A stretch of DNA of 64,000 nucleotides from the human T2T-CHM13v2.0 reference genome, Homo sapiens. The notes below the pieces were generated by a model. It searched no databases, was not told the DNA's origin, and saw only the letters and a program-made list of their open reading frames with translations. This document shows positions 49,711 through 64,000 of this stretch, one piece after another; position 1 is the stretch's first letter, and the number at the start of each line of letters is the position of its first letter. The translations under genes were made by a program, and so were the position numbers. The stretch lies in NCBI RefSeq assembly GCF_009914755.1, contig NC_060926.1; one strand, given 5' to 3'.

Positions 49711-50710
49711 CCATAGCTTTTTTTTTTTTTTTTTTTTTAGAAAATAACTTGATATTCATAAGCACAGCTTTTTAAGCTGCTTTTATTATTTTTCCCTTTA
49801 TACGAGTGCATTCTGCAACATAAGGAGATTTCTATCTCAGCCCTGAACAAGATTTATGATCTTGATCAAGTCTCTTTATAATAATGTCACAGAACTTTAC
49901 TTGCTTCAATTCTAATATGAAGGATTGAACTAGTTAATCACTAAGGTCCACTCTAGTTCCAAAATTGTGGCATTCTCTTCTAACTATCAGGGAAAAATTG
50001 ACTTATTCTTTGTTAAGTTGTAGCTTGCAGTAAAGTTTTTTGGGCATGAGAATTTTCAGCAAGGTGGTGAGTGCCAGGAAAGTGCTGACTCAGCACAATG
50101 CTGTCTGTTAGCCAGGAACAAAAATGAGGAGCAACCATAAATTTAATCCTTTAGCTCCTTCTCCCTGCAAAATTCAGAAGATGTTTTATCTGTAACAAAA
50201 GACTTGAAAGAGGATTCTCACTTTTTCCCTTAAAAGTTGTTACTCAAGTCTGTAGGTAACTTCAGGATTTTTGACAGAAGATTCAGATTTGCATAGTTGA
50301 CTCAGTCTCCGGAAGATCCCTACACTCAAATTCTAAGTTTAGGGCAAGTGAACTGAGTGATTCCTAGAGGAAATAAACTCTCGCCTGAGAACAACAGCTG
50401 AAATAAAATCCCATAAGCCAGGAAAACAGCCACACAATTACAGTAACAGGTGGTCAGTTTCAAAACAAATTTCAAGGTCTGACTCGCCTGGCACCTGCTC
50501 TAGAACCACAGACAGCAGTTTGACACTGTCTGGGTCCAAGTTAGGTCATCCCTGCCACACCATAAGGAAGATTAACTACCTTTATTAGCAGAGCTAAGTC
50601 ATGGTAGGTTAGAGGACTGCTTCTCTGTGGTAGTAACCCCTGTGTTCCCTGTCTGAGAAGAGGGAATAAGAGAGAATTTGGGAACTGGACAGGACCTTGC
50701 AGATTAACCA

Positions 50711-50762
50711 TTAGGTTGGTGCAGAAGTAATTGCAGTTTTTGTCCTTAAAAGTAATGGCAAA
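50711..50762. mobile_element. Partial MADE1 (Hsmar1 MITE), one TIR
   Basis: ttaggttggtgcagaagtaattgcagttttt...aaagtaatggcaaa. Confidence 0.85.
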
Positions 50763-51832
50763 GTGAAGCCGAGGGGAGCTAAGCAGAGATTTGCTCAGAA
50801 TCACATGACCTGTAGAAGCAGAACATCCCCACCCCCATTTTATTGTGAAAAAATTCAAACACACAGCAAAGTTGAAAGGATTTTTACAAGACACAGCTGT
50901 ATATGCATTTCCTGGATTCTACTGTTAATATTTTATTAAACTTGTTTATTTTCTAACTATCCCTCTATCCATCCTTCTATCACCTTATTTCCTGGATGCC
51001 TTTCGAAGTGAATTGCAGACATCTGTACTCCTTCCCCTAAAGCAGCATAGTGTTTTATCATCATTTAATAATTTAATACCTCAATTTTGTATACATTATG
51101 GAACCAGGAAACATTATAAGAAATCACTGGACCCCAAAAATGTTAATTAGCCTTGGCTAGCCTGAAAGAGAACACAATTTCCTAAGGTCCTAACTTTAAG
51201 GCACTTGAGGATTCTTACTAAGGGCAAATTCCTGAGATGACAGAAATACTAGTCAACACACATCAATGCCTATGTTTTTCCCTCCTCCTGGAATCCTGTG
51301 CTTTCCCCTTCCTGCTCCACCTGTTGAAATCCTCTCTTCATTCGTCCAAGAATGATCTCAGATGTCTGCAAGGAACATAAACCACTGTTACACACGTATT
51401 GTTTTAAGGAAAAAAGTTACTGAAGAAGTCTGAACTGTCACCTCCTTCCCAATCCCTTTCCTAAACCCCGAGTTTTAACTTTTCTCATTTTAATGCCCAT
51501 AAACTTTCATTGCTATTTTTCCTCCCTCATTCTACCTTGTTGCAGTTTAGTGTTTATTTGTTTGTTTATCACGACTACTGCTCCTCCTCCTAATAATACT
51601 TATGGTTAATTTCTTTTTAAGGGACTATATCTTAAGACTATGTGTCTTCTGCAGTTCTTTGCATAGAGTCAACGTTGAAGGACAAGCAACTTCAAATTTC
51701 CAAGCAACAAAATTATGTTCGGGTGGTTTTCTGAAAGCGAGATCTTAAGAACCACCTGTATCAGAATCCCATGAAGAGCTTGTTTAGTGTGCAAATTTAC
51801 AGATTGTCCCCCCTCAGAAATGCTCATTTAGG

Positions 51833-52183
51833 AGTTCCTGTCCTTTGCGGGGACATGGATGAAGCTGGAAACCATCATTCTCAGCAAACTAACACAGGAA
51901 CAGAAAACCAAACACTGCATGTTCTCACTCAAAAGTGGGAGTTGAACAATGAGAACACATGGACACAGGGAGGGGAACGTCACACACCAGGGCCTGTCGG
52001 GGGTGGGAGGTAAGGGGAGGGAGAGGATTAGGACAAATACCTAATGCATGTGGGGCTTAAAACCTAGATGATGGGTTGATAGGTGCAGCAAACCACCATG
52101 GACATGTATACCTATGTAACAAACTTGCATGTTCAGTACATGTATCCCAGAACTTAAAGTAAAATATAAAACAATAATAAAAA
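51833..52183 (+). mobile_element. L1PA (PA7-8 like) 3' fragment inserted in a MER5
   Basis: TSD gaaatgctcatt(t/c)agg (51817, 52185). Confidence 0.9.
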
Positions 52184-52344
52184 GGAAATGCTCATTCAGG
52201 AGTTTTGGGGTGGGGGTTCAGGAGGCTGCAGCCTTAACAATTACCTCTGGTGATTTTGACACAGGTAGCACAGCAGCCAAACTTGGAGAGATTTGTTCAC
52301 AGCACTGCATCACCAACCTTACTTTCTGTTAGGCCTTTAATCAC

Positions 52345-52638
52345 TTTTTTTTTTTTTTTTTTTTTTTTTTTTCTGAGACAGGGTCTTGCTCTATCACCCA
52401 GGCTGGAGTACAGTGGCACGATCTTGGCTCACTGCAATCTCTGTATCCTGGGTTCAAGCAATCCTCTCTGCCTTGGCCTCCTGAGTAGCTGGGACCACAG
52501 ACATGCTCCATTATGCCCAACTAATTAAAAACATTTTTTTTAGAGGCAGGCTGGTCTCGAACTCCTGAGCTCAAGCAATCTGCCTGCCTCGGCCTCCCAA
52601 AGTGCTGGGATTACAGGTGTGAGCCACTGCGCCCGGCC
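52345..52638 (-). mobile_element. AluJ with internal deletion
   Basis: TSD tttaatcactttt. Confidence 0.9.
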
Positions 52639-53325
52639 TTTTAATCACTTTTAAACCAGCAACCCTAATCTGCCTGTCCCTTGAATGGATCCGGATAAAG
52701 GTGTGGCAAACAAGCCTCCTGTCACAGTGGGGTGTGACAGTCACGGCATCACCCCTTCACCACATCATGTGCTGCCAGTCATCACTTCTGCTGTTGCCAC
52801 CAACCCTCGCGTTTCCCTTTGTCACTTCCCCCTTGCCACCACCAACGGCCACTGTCCCTCTGCTCCTCACCCTCCATAGCTGAGTCAGATCCAGCATTGG
52901 GCACTTGAGGAAGAAGCCACTGTGGAAGGCGGGATGAGGGTGTTCCCATTCTACATTCACAAGCCCACAGCTTGGAGAAGAAGCACACCTAATTCTGACC
53001 CTGGCTTCTGAAGAAGCTCTGCAAACCTGGCTAGAAAGTTGGGCCTGTGGTTTGAGGTTCCTGCTGCCTTTGATTTTACAATGAGTGGAAATTGAGGTTG
53101 AGTAACAGGTCTCTTGCCCAAGTATTAAGGGCCACCACGAAGCATACAGCAATGAAGGCAGGAGCTGATGACATGTGGTTGGTTCCCCCCTCTAGGCCAA
53201 GTATCTTTGTATAGGGAAGGCCGACATGGCCATCTTCACGGTTTGGTATTAGTGGAGTGTCTTATACATACTGAAATTTGTTTTTGTTTTCAGGTGCTAA
53301 AAGGATAATACCAAGGAAAACTATG

Positions 53326-53617
<292 letters not shown>

Positions 53618-53825
53618 TCAAAGTGTTGTTTTATGAAGCATAACCTGCTTTATGTTTTGAGTTTAATATAACTTGAAATCAGTTTCTCTAAGACAGTGCC
53701 AGCCTTGCCATTTTTCAGTTCAACATAGATTTCTCTATTACAGTGGTTCCCAAACTTTAGGAGGCATCAAAGTCATCTGGAGGGCACAAAAACACAAATT
53801 TATGGATGTCACCCACAGTTCCTAA

Positions 53826-54230
<405 letters not shown>

Positions 54231-56283
54231 TGAGAAGTATGGTACTGTGTGGTACTTACCGGACCATTTACCATACTTCCTGCCTGCCTAATTGTGTCAC
54301 AATATAGCCGTGCTTCTCAGGCCTAGCAATTCATTAGAATTACCTGTGAAGCTTTTAAAATGTAAGGTTTGGATGGAATGCTCAGACCCTACCTTAGACC
54401 CAATTAAGCCCACAGCTTTGAGGGTGAGGCTTGGGTATTGTTCAGAAAGATCCCCAGGTGATTCTAATGGATACCGAGGGTTGAGAACCACAGGCATATA
54501 GCAAACTCTGGCCCTATTCTACCTTAACATATGATTCTCATTTGACAAATACATATTGACCACCTAATATATGTCTTGAAAATGATAAAGTATGTAAGAA
54601 ATGGTCCCTGACCTCAAGCAGAGATACATCATATGCCCAAATATTTAAACAAAAAGCTGGTGTGTGGGGTTTGTGCCAATTAGAGGACTAAACCATTACT
54701 GAAAACAGAAGGCTGGATGATTCAGGGTAAATCAATGCTGCACTTGATCCTCACATTGTTTGAGATAAGTTATGTATGCCTCTGCTGCACATGAAACGTA
54801 TCCCTTTGGTGGGGGAAATTGCTCATTTATTGGTTCGTTGAGGATGTTCCAACTGATTCACCATGGTAGGTGTGATTGAACCATGGAAATGATGGAACAT
54901 TAAATCAATAGCTAGTCAGCTGGTGACTATTCCTTGGCTAAGTATGCTATTAAGGTTCTGTTTCAGAAGTCCCTGTGCTCAATGGAGGTGAACCTTTCCA
55001 GTGGAGAAATACAACATGAATTATGTTTAGAAAATGCTTCAATCTGGGGTTTTAAATAAACAGTCCTTAAATATGTATAAAAATCTGAAATTATTTTAGA
55101 ATCGAAGGGAAAAAACAACCGGGTCCAAAAACCAAACCATATTTAGCTTAAAAACACGTTCTTATTTGCATCCACTAGAATACAATATAATTTAATGATT
55201 CAATGACAGCTGGCCCATGAAGGGCAGAGTTTCTAGAAAGGAGGAAATACCCTCTTTGGGTGTTACTTAGGTATTAAGTGTATTATTTAATTCATTGTTT
55301 TATTTAATTTGGTTATATCTTTTTTTTTTGAGATTTTGTTTTCATGTTGGGTGGGTAGTTTTTCTAAGAATAAGAAATCCCAATGACAACAAAATGTCAT
55401 TGTTTTTAAGAGAAGGAGATAAATACATTTTAAACTGTTATATTTATTTATTTTCAAAAAATGCTGGAGGCATCATGTTAGCAATTGCAGGGGATAACAT
55501 GAATATGACAAAGCTGCTCTCAAAAAACTTACCACTTTGTAGAAGGGAAAGCTAAGTGCCTATTCCAAGCAAAATATGATATGATACATGCCTTTAGAGA
55601 GGAGTAAATTTTAATGAGGCTTCAAAGAGCTGGAAGAAGAGGTCAAGGTTCAAAGAGCCTAAGATAAGGCACAGAACTGGGGTTCTGGTACAATGCATTA
55701 CAGCATGGCCAATTTTCAAAGGCCAGCTGTTCCCAGTCAAACGAAGATGAAGCTGAGGGCAGGTGCAATCAATGGGAAAATCAGGCCACCCTCTCCTATT
55801 TTCCCATAGATGCAGTTTCATGATCAATAGTTTTATAATCTCATTTTGGGTAGCAAAATGAAAATGAATCTGAAGCATTCTTTCTAGTTTATTTCACACT
55901 AATAAAATCCAACCTGAAGGATTTTATATGTTGGCTCTATGGCCGTTAGTATTTGATTAAGGTGTTTAGCCTCATTAGTAATCAAAGGAATGAAAACTAG
56001 AATAAAAATTCAGTCATTGTTTTTGGTTTATCAAATTGATAAAGACTTAAAATGGCCACCAAGCATTGGGGAGGTTAGGAGTGATAGGCTCTCTCCTTCT
56101 ATCTATGGAATATTCCTTGGCTCACCATGGCTGGAGAACAATCCACATCCAATAGCTCATCAAGTCTACTTCCAGGAATGTATTCCAGAGGAATAGTATG
56201 GACCTATGCAAAAACTTGTGTACAAAATTATTCCTCAGAGCTTTGCTTATTATTGGGAAGAATGAGTAAAGAAATAAATGCCC

Positions 56284-56674
<391 letters not shown>

Positions 56675-56779
56675 CTAAGCCTAGTAACTTAGAAAAAAAA
56701 ATCTTCCAAGTGTTTTAGGTAAGTTAGTATTAATAATTCTACCCAAGGTCAATCCCCTCCCCTCCATTTCCTCCTCTTC

Positions 56780-57240
56780 AGATATTCTGTGCTTCTGCCA
56801 AATAGGACAACTTGCTATTTGTGTCCTGAACTGACCTTATACACTTTCTTGCCTCTCTGCCTTTGCTCGTGCTTTCCCACTGTCTCAATGGCTTTCCTTA
56901 ATCTCTGAGGTCTCACCTCTTCAAGACCCAATTGTGTAAGCCACCTTACATAATGTTATTATGATGTCCCCCTTCCTCATCCAGCCAGAAGGATTTACTT
57001 CCTTCTCTGTATGCTCATAGCAATTTGTTCATTTTCTATTCTTCTCACCCTTGTCCTGTGTTAGAGTTACCGAAATATATGTATATGTGTGTGTATATAT
57101 TTTTTGTCTTGTTTTGTTCCTGTTAGATTTTGAACAACTTGAGGGCAGGGGCCAATCTTGTTCAGATTTATACCCCCCAGAGTTATAAAGCATGCTGTGA
57201 AAATGATTGTTGACTGAATAAGCGAGTGAGTGAATGCAAA
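56780..57240 (+). mobile_element. L2 3' fragment
   Basis: cttgagggcagggg...ttgttgactgaat tail. Confidence 0.65.
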
Positions 57241-58084
57241 AGTACACTTGGAGCCAAATGCTTATATTCTCTGCAGACATGGAATAAACTTGACAAGTGC
57301 TAAAGATGCTCTTTGATTTTTGTGTGGCATGAGACCTCAGGCTGAAACTTCTCATCTGAGCCATTGAAGGGAGCCTCTCATCTCTCCACCGAGAGGGGAG
57401 ACCAGAATGGTAAGCCAAACTGCAGTCTTTCCCACTCTCAACCCCTGTCACCCCAATACTTAGTGGAAGAGGGATAAATTAGAGTTTTTACCAAGGGAGA
57501 ACTGATGAAGACATTGCAACGAGGTAAGCGCTTATGGTCAAGTTATCAGCTCTTTTACTGCCTCAACGACACACATTTGTCCACAAAATGAAGAGATGAG
57601 GACTATCCATATAGTTGAGGGGCAAAATAAAAATAGAAACAAAGTGTTCTCAGTGGAGAAAAAGGAATTTGAAAGCATTTTAATGACGCACATTGATTTC
57701 TACCCTCCCAGATTCAATATACAGCAAAAACTCCATTTATGTTGATGGTGCAAATGCCTTGAGACTGTCAATGAGGAAGTTAAGCTGAACAGCCAAACTA
57801 CTGTTCAGAATAGTCAAGCCTAAGTGTTGCTAAGGAATTTTCTGTCCCCACTGAGTACAACTCATACCTACATGTCCTATTATACTTCACAATACACCTG
57901 CTGGCTTTCTCGGCCCTTCAGGAAATACCTTTGCTTCCTGAAGAATGCAACAAACAACCCAAAACACCACCACAGCCAGCCAGCTGACACCAAACTGTGA
58001 ACTGTTGTCCCCTCTCTGACAGGGTTAGATACTTGAGTGATTAATATTTGCAGATAGTGCTAAGGCCAAGTTCAAAAAAGAAAG

Positions 58085-58086
<2 letters not shown>

Positions 58087-58137
<51 letters not shown>

Positions 58138-58160
58138 TATATATACACATATATATATGT
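58087..58160. repeat. Compound (AT)17(AC)8(AT)n microsatellite
   Basis: Read directly from the sequence. Confidence 0.95.
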
Positions 58161-59353
58161 AGAGTCTATGTAGTATGGATTCTTCACTGTATGTATGTAT
58201 AAATTCTTATATGCATGTATTATATTGGCAAAAAGGAGATCATTACTTTTTTTTTTAAAGTTCCCTAGTGGGATAAAATTAAACCTCACTGATATGAATA
58301 CTTTTTGCAGTAAACAACAACAAAAACTTCTTTTTACCAAGGTTCCTCTCCTGCCAAGTAGCAGTGATTTACAGACCCAACATGTGAGTGAATGGGAAAT
58401 ACTATATTTCCAGACTTGGGTAATGAATAACCTCTGAGGGCTTGAACTTTTCTCCGTTCCCACAGACTGTATCCACAGAGCGGTGCTCTTGCCTTGAAAG
58501 GAAGGATTTGCCCCGGTTTGGAAGGAAGTGGAATAAATAGAACTGGAAATGGCAAGGTCACCTTTAATATCATATGAACTGCCTATTAACAAGCTTCACA
58601 ATTGCTTTGTTTCTTCCTCCTCCCGTGCTATAAACAGGCTCAGGCAGAGCAAACTCTTGGAGCACACACAGTGTGGGGAGGAAGCTCTCAGAGCAGCAAG
58701 GAAGGAGAGGCTGCAGGCTCAACAGGGCCCATCAAGCATACCAGGGTTACAATTGTGTTATGGTGTGGTGGCCAGGAGGGAAAAATGCTTGTTTTTCAAG
58801 GAAGGAACTATATTGTCCCAAATTCCTGTGTATAAAATATAGGACAAACAAGTTACAGTGGGAATATTTAATTGGAGCATGTGGAATAGATGGAATAATT
58901 GCCTTTCACTTGGCTTTTCCCTGCTCTAAGTAGTATCACATGGTGGTTACATAAAGACAAAAAAGTTATTTTAAGAACCCTTCTCCTTAGGACCCTGTTT
59001 AGTTGGTATTCCAAACACACAGAGCAAGCTCTTCACTGGCATTCTGCTTGACAGATTTTTCTTTCTTTCCAGGCTCCTTCAGGCACATTCTGTTGGGCTT
59101 CCCTCTACCTCCCCACTCTGCTGCTTCCCCGCTCTTTTTGAATTTCTCCCTGTTGAGGAGAGGGAAGACCAGCTAGGAGGTATGGAAAAGGCACTCACGA
59201 GGTTTGGAGGACAAAGGGTTAGGCAACAGGCAGGTCTGGAATTTCAGTGCCCTGGCTTTCAGGAATTCTTAGATAGTCCAATATATAAATCATCTTGGAA
59301 GATCTTTTGGGAGCAGCACTGTCATTAAAAAACAAACAAATAAAAAACACCAG

Positions 59354-59840
<487 letters not shown>

Positions 59841-61904
59841 GCATCACTAAGCTTCGAGTCAAAGAGAAATAATCTCATATGGCTTAAGTGCGGATAATCA
59901 AAGGTAACATAAACCAAACAAAACTGAGTTGGTATTTGTGAATTGTTATTTATCCTTCTCTATGGATTCTGCACATTCTGTCAAGGTGTTTAGGAAAACC
60001 TCCTCCCTACCATTTTGAAAGTGTCATAGAGCTATGAACTGTTGTAATTTCAAAAGTGCAATTAAAAAGGTGTAAGAAAGATACAGTGAGTCTCTAAGGG
60101 GTAGAAAGAAAACCCTAAAGGGTAGTTTCTATCAAATATAAATTTTGGCTACTTCTTTACAATTCTAGGATGATGTGAGTTCTCATCATTGCAGATAATG
60201 GGTCAGAGCTGAGCTGTTGTGGGAACTGCTAGATGGAGCTAGAGTTGTCATGTGGCCAACTATTTTGATCTGTGGCTAACATGTAATATCAGGAGATTCT
60301 GATCTCTGTCTGGTAGATGTGTTAAATTAAGTGTCTGGGGAGTAGACATTGAGGCATCAGTCTAGAAATTCAAACAGATGTGCTCTACTAAAATGCTATG
60401 CTAGAATGAACCTGACCAAGCTAATCATCCTCTAAAGTGCACTACAATAGACAGAAGACATTTTCTCCTGGACTGTACAAGGGATAGGGTCGGGGAGGAT
60501 GAGCTCTTTCCTTTGTCCTCTGACCACCTAGAACAGCATAGCTAATTTGCTTTGTCTAGCAATAAGAAATCTCACAATATATTTAGCAGCAAGGTTGAGT
60601 ACACACATGTGCACACATACATGCACTCACATTCATTTCATACCTTAACATTTTTTTTCACCTTTTAAAAAATATGAAAGCAGAGGATCTGGATTGAGAA
60701 ACTTGCCATGCTTTTCTCTCAGATGTTCTCTTTTCTCTGAAGACAGCAGGACCTCATCCAAAGGTATCAGCTATGCAGTTGTGCTGTTATTTCTTTTCAG
60801 GTGACAAAATAGCAAAATGTTCTCCCATGATGATGAAACTCAGCTTTATTTTATTTTTTTCTTTTCCCTTGTAGCTCTGTTTCTGGCAGGAATCTGACAC
60901 CACTTACTCCTTGGGTAGAAACTCCCCCAAGTCTGAACTATGTGATTGCCTGAGCCCTGCTTCTTGTTCATTAAGACTGCTCCTCTGAAACGGAATTGAT
61001 GAATTTTTAGTGGCTATTAGAAGCATTTGGGATCCATAGGCATCAGGGTTTGATGCATGGCCCTCATCTCTGTGGGCTCCTGTGCAATGATTCTCATCTG
61101 TCTTAGTTAGAAAGTGAATTAATCTTGACCTTGGCCTCAGGGGTGTGGTTCTCTGCCCTCTTACACATCTTCAATTCGCTTCTTTATCAGAAGCACTTGT
61201 TTTAGGCCCAGGCTCCCCCAATTTTAATGACATTTAGACATTTGTCTTTAAGTTACATTGCTTTGATTTTAATCAAAATCTATATTTCTAGTATTATATG
61301 TTTCCAGAAAGTTCTCATTCTGGATTGTAATTTAATTACATGGATCATTAAAGCTTTGAAGGATGCTAATGGGCAGAAAAAAGAGACTTAACAAAACGAA
61401 AGTTATTATTAGGAATTACAAATCACTTAACATTTCAACATCACTCGTCGGATGTGGGCATTTTGTTGAAAGAGACCTTGTTTTGAACAGTGACAGTGCA
61501 GAAGACCTATGGAAGAAACAAGCTTCCAACTTGATTTCTATTGTTATGCATGCATAGCAAATTATTAATTCTATTCTAATAGGGTAATAGATTTAGAAAT
61601 ACTATTAGCAGAAAACTTGATGTATTAGGCAATACTACATACCACATTAGTCTAACCGCTCAACTGTAATTTTTCATCCATACTTTCTTGGGATGTAAAT
61701 AAAATTGATATTATACAATGAAAATAAAATTGCCCACTAGTCTTGCTTATTCTCTTGGTGGGCTGAAGAGTTAAACTGTGGTGAATGCTGTTAGATAGGA
61801 AGGTAATGAAAACTTCAGTTAGCTTAGGATTATTCTTACCAGCAAGCATTAGTTAAAAGTTAAATTTAGCAAGTGGTTACCCAAATGTTAAAGGCATTTA
61901 AACT

Positions 61905-62249
<345 letters not shown>

Positions 62250-62494
62250 TTACATGACTGCATGTATAATTCTACCTAATTGAATTGAGTTTTCAAATTA
62301 TTTTTTGTGTGTGTCTTAGACAGTGGCGCATTGAAAGTACTGCCTGTCCAAAATCAGGAACAGAAAAGTATTTCAATTACTCAGAAAGTAGACATGGCTG
62401 GAAAATCATAAGTAAGTGGTTATTAATGTCAAGTTTAAAGCTCTCAGGCTCTTCTGTCAGGCCACGCAGGGCAAATGAGATCAACAGGATGGTT

Positions 62495-62797
62495 TCTTGT
62501 TTTTTTTTGAGACGGAGTCTTGCTCATTGCCCAGGCTGGAGTGAGAGCAGCGGCACGGTCTCGGCTCACTGAAACCTCCTCCGCCTCCTGGGTTCAAGCA
62601 ATTCTCCTGCCTCAGCCTCCTAAGCAGCTGGGATTATAGGCAAGAGCCACCACGCCCGACTAATTTTTATATTTTTAGTAGAGATGGGGTTTCACCATGT
62701 TGGCCAGGCTGGTCTTGAACTCCTGGTCTAAAGTGATCCACCCTCCTTGGCCTCTCAAAGTGCTGAGGTTATAGGCGTGAGTCACTGTGCCTGGCCC
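62495..62797 (-). mobile_element. AluS
   Basis: TSD aacag(g/a)atggtttct. Confidence 0.92.
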
Positions 62798-63501
62798 AAC
62801 AGAATGGTTTCTAATAAAAATATTTATTACCATTGCATCCTACCCCATTCCCACTCAGTGTGCCCCTTACTTAAATGGCCGCCTTCACCCAGGCCACTAC
62901 AGGGAGGGCACTGACTTGGAAGGACAGAACACTCACCACTACCTAGCCTTCACCCTGGTCATCAGTTGCACTTGATATGGCTATAGCTGGTATATTTCTA
63001 TAATGATGGGAATCATAGAAATTGTTAGTATTGAGTTGCAAGTCATTGGTAATGTTTTCCAAGGAATGACCAAGTTCTGTGATAATATATGCACAGACAG
63101 GAAAAAATACAAATAAATTTAACAGCACATATAAAAATACTATCACCTTATACTGTTCATTTTGTGCCATCCAGGCATGTAAGGGAGAGAGAAATAAGAT
63201 AAATTTGCTGGTGGGAGAAGCAAGCAAATAGAGAGAAGTTTAGAGGCAAAGAATTTGGGAGGGGCTGGTGAAAAAGAAGGGGAAGGAGGAAGTACAACCA
63301 AACTCCAAAGGGTAAGTGGAATTGCTGTAAGAGAGATTTTCTTTTGAATAAAAAATGCAGGTACCTTTTAAGTACAAAAGGAATAGGAAAAGAAACAAAA
63401 CACATTGAAAGGTACAATTAACCAAAAAAGGAGGCAGAAGGTAAAAAAGACATAAAATGGACCAAGACTATATCAAGTAACTTTAAAAATGTTTCTTTAA
63501 A

Positions 63502-63631
63502 ATTTTGTTTTGGTAGAGATGGGGTCTCACTATGTTGCCCAGGCTGGTCTCAAGCTCGTGGGCTCAAGTGATCCTCCTGCCTTGGCCTCCTAAAGTCCTG
63601 AGATTGCAAATGTGAGCCACTGTGCCTGGAC
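63502..63631 (-). mobile_element. FLAM / Alu left monomer
   Basis: Monomer similarity. Confidence 0.85.
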
Positions 63632-64000
63632 TTAAGTAAGTTTTAATTTAGTGAAAGATTTCTGTTATTTTACTTCTTATAACTTATTCCTTAGAAAAAG
63701 GTCCCAGAGTTATGGATTCAGTGACCAAGGAGCTACTCAAAAATAGTTGCCTTCGAGAAGACTTGAATTCATGACATCTTCCTTTTTCAACTTAACTGGT
63801 TTAAGCAAGTTATTTAAAAATTGCGCCACAGTGTATAATTTCCCCCAAATTTCAAATTCTGTTAAACTACTTCGAGGAACTGAGAGTATATTTTTATGTC
63901 ATCTGCACACCAGAGTAATTTGTGAAGCCCTGGAAGGGAAATGTGATTTCTGATGGTATCTCAGCTTGAAACACATGAAGCGGAACCAGAGGTCACGCTC

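Noticed and set aside
50711-50762. miR-548-type hairpin from MADE1, with a possible displaced second TIR at 52311 (caccaacctta)
   Set aside because: The second TIR is missing, so a full hairpin cannot form. The distal match is ~10 nt and consistent with chance.
58041-58592. 183-aa ORF
   Set aside because: Runs through the (AT)/(AC) microsatellite, shows no homology I recognise and probably arises by chance.

Overview
Primate (very likely human) genomic DNA. It holds the 5' half of DARS1 (cytoplasmic aspartyl-tRNA synthetase; from recall, chr2q21.3 near MCM6/LCT) on the minus strand. Coding exons 1-4 lie at 29829-29894, 27823-27880, 23700-23792 and 5822-5924. All have GT-AG boundaries and splice in frame to give residues 1-107. 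A CpG-island promoter sits at about 29.5-30.4 kb, and the region to its right probably hosts the antisense lncRNA DARS1-AS1, whose exons I can only guess. Most of the rest is interspersed repeats: more than 35 Alus, a 3.8-kb L1MA, L1PA 3' fragments, MaLR/ERV LTRs, Tigger/Charlie/Mariner MITEs, MIR and L2. Repeat subfamily names come from recalled consensus sequences and need RepeatMasker confirmation. I see no evidence of a new multi-gene system. The most unusual item is a ~137-bp inverted copy of neighbouring non-repeat DNA (41176-41312 vs 43063-43196), inserted into a MIR with a target-site duplication (TSD). Other candidates are a weak-Met1/strong-Met18 Kozak arrangement in DARS1, stacked palindromes in the promoter, a 5'UTR G-quadruplex motif and a template-switch scar inside an Alu.
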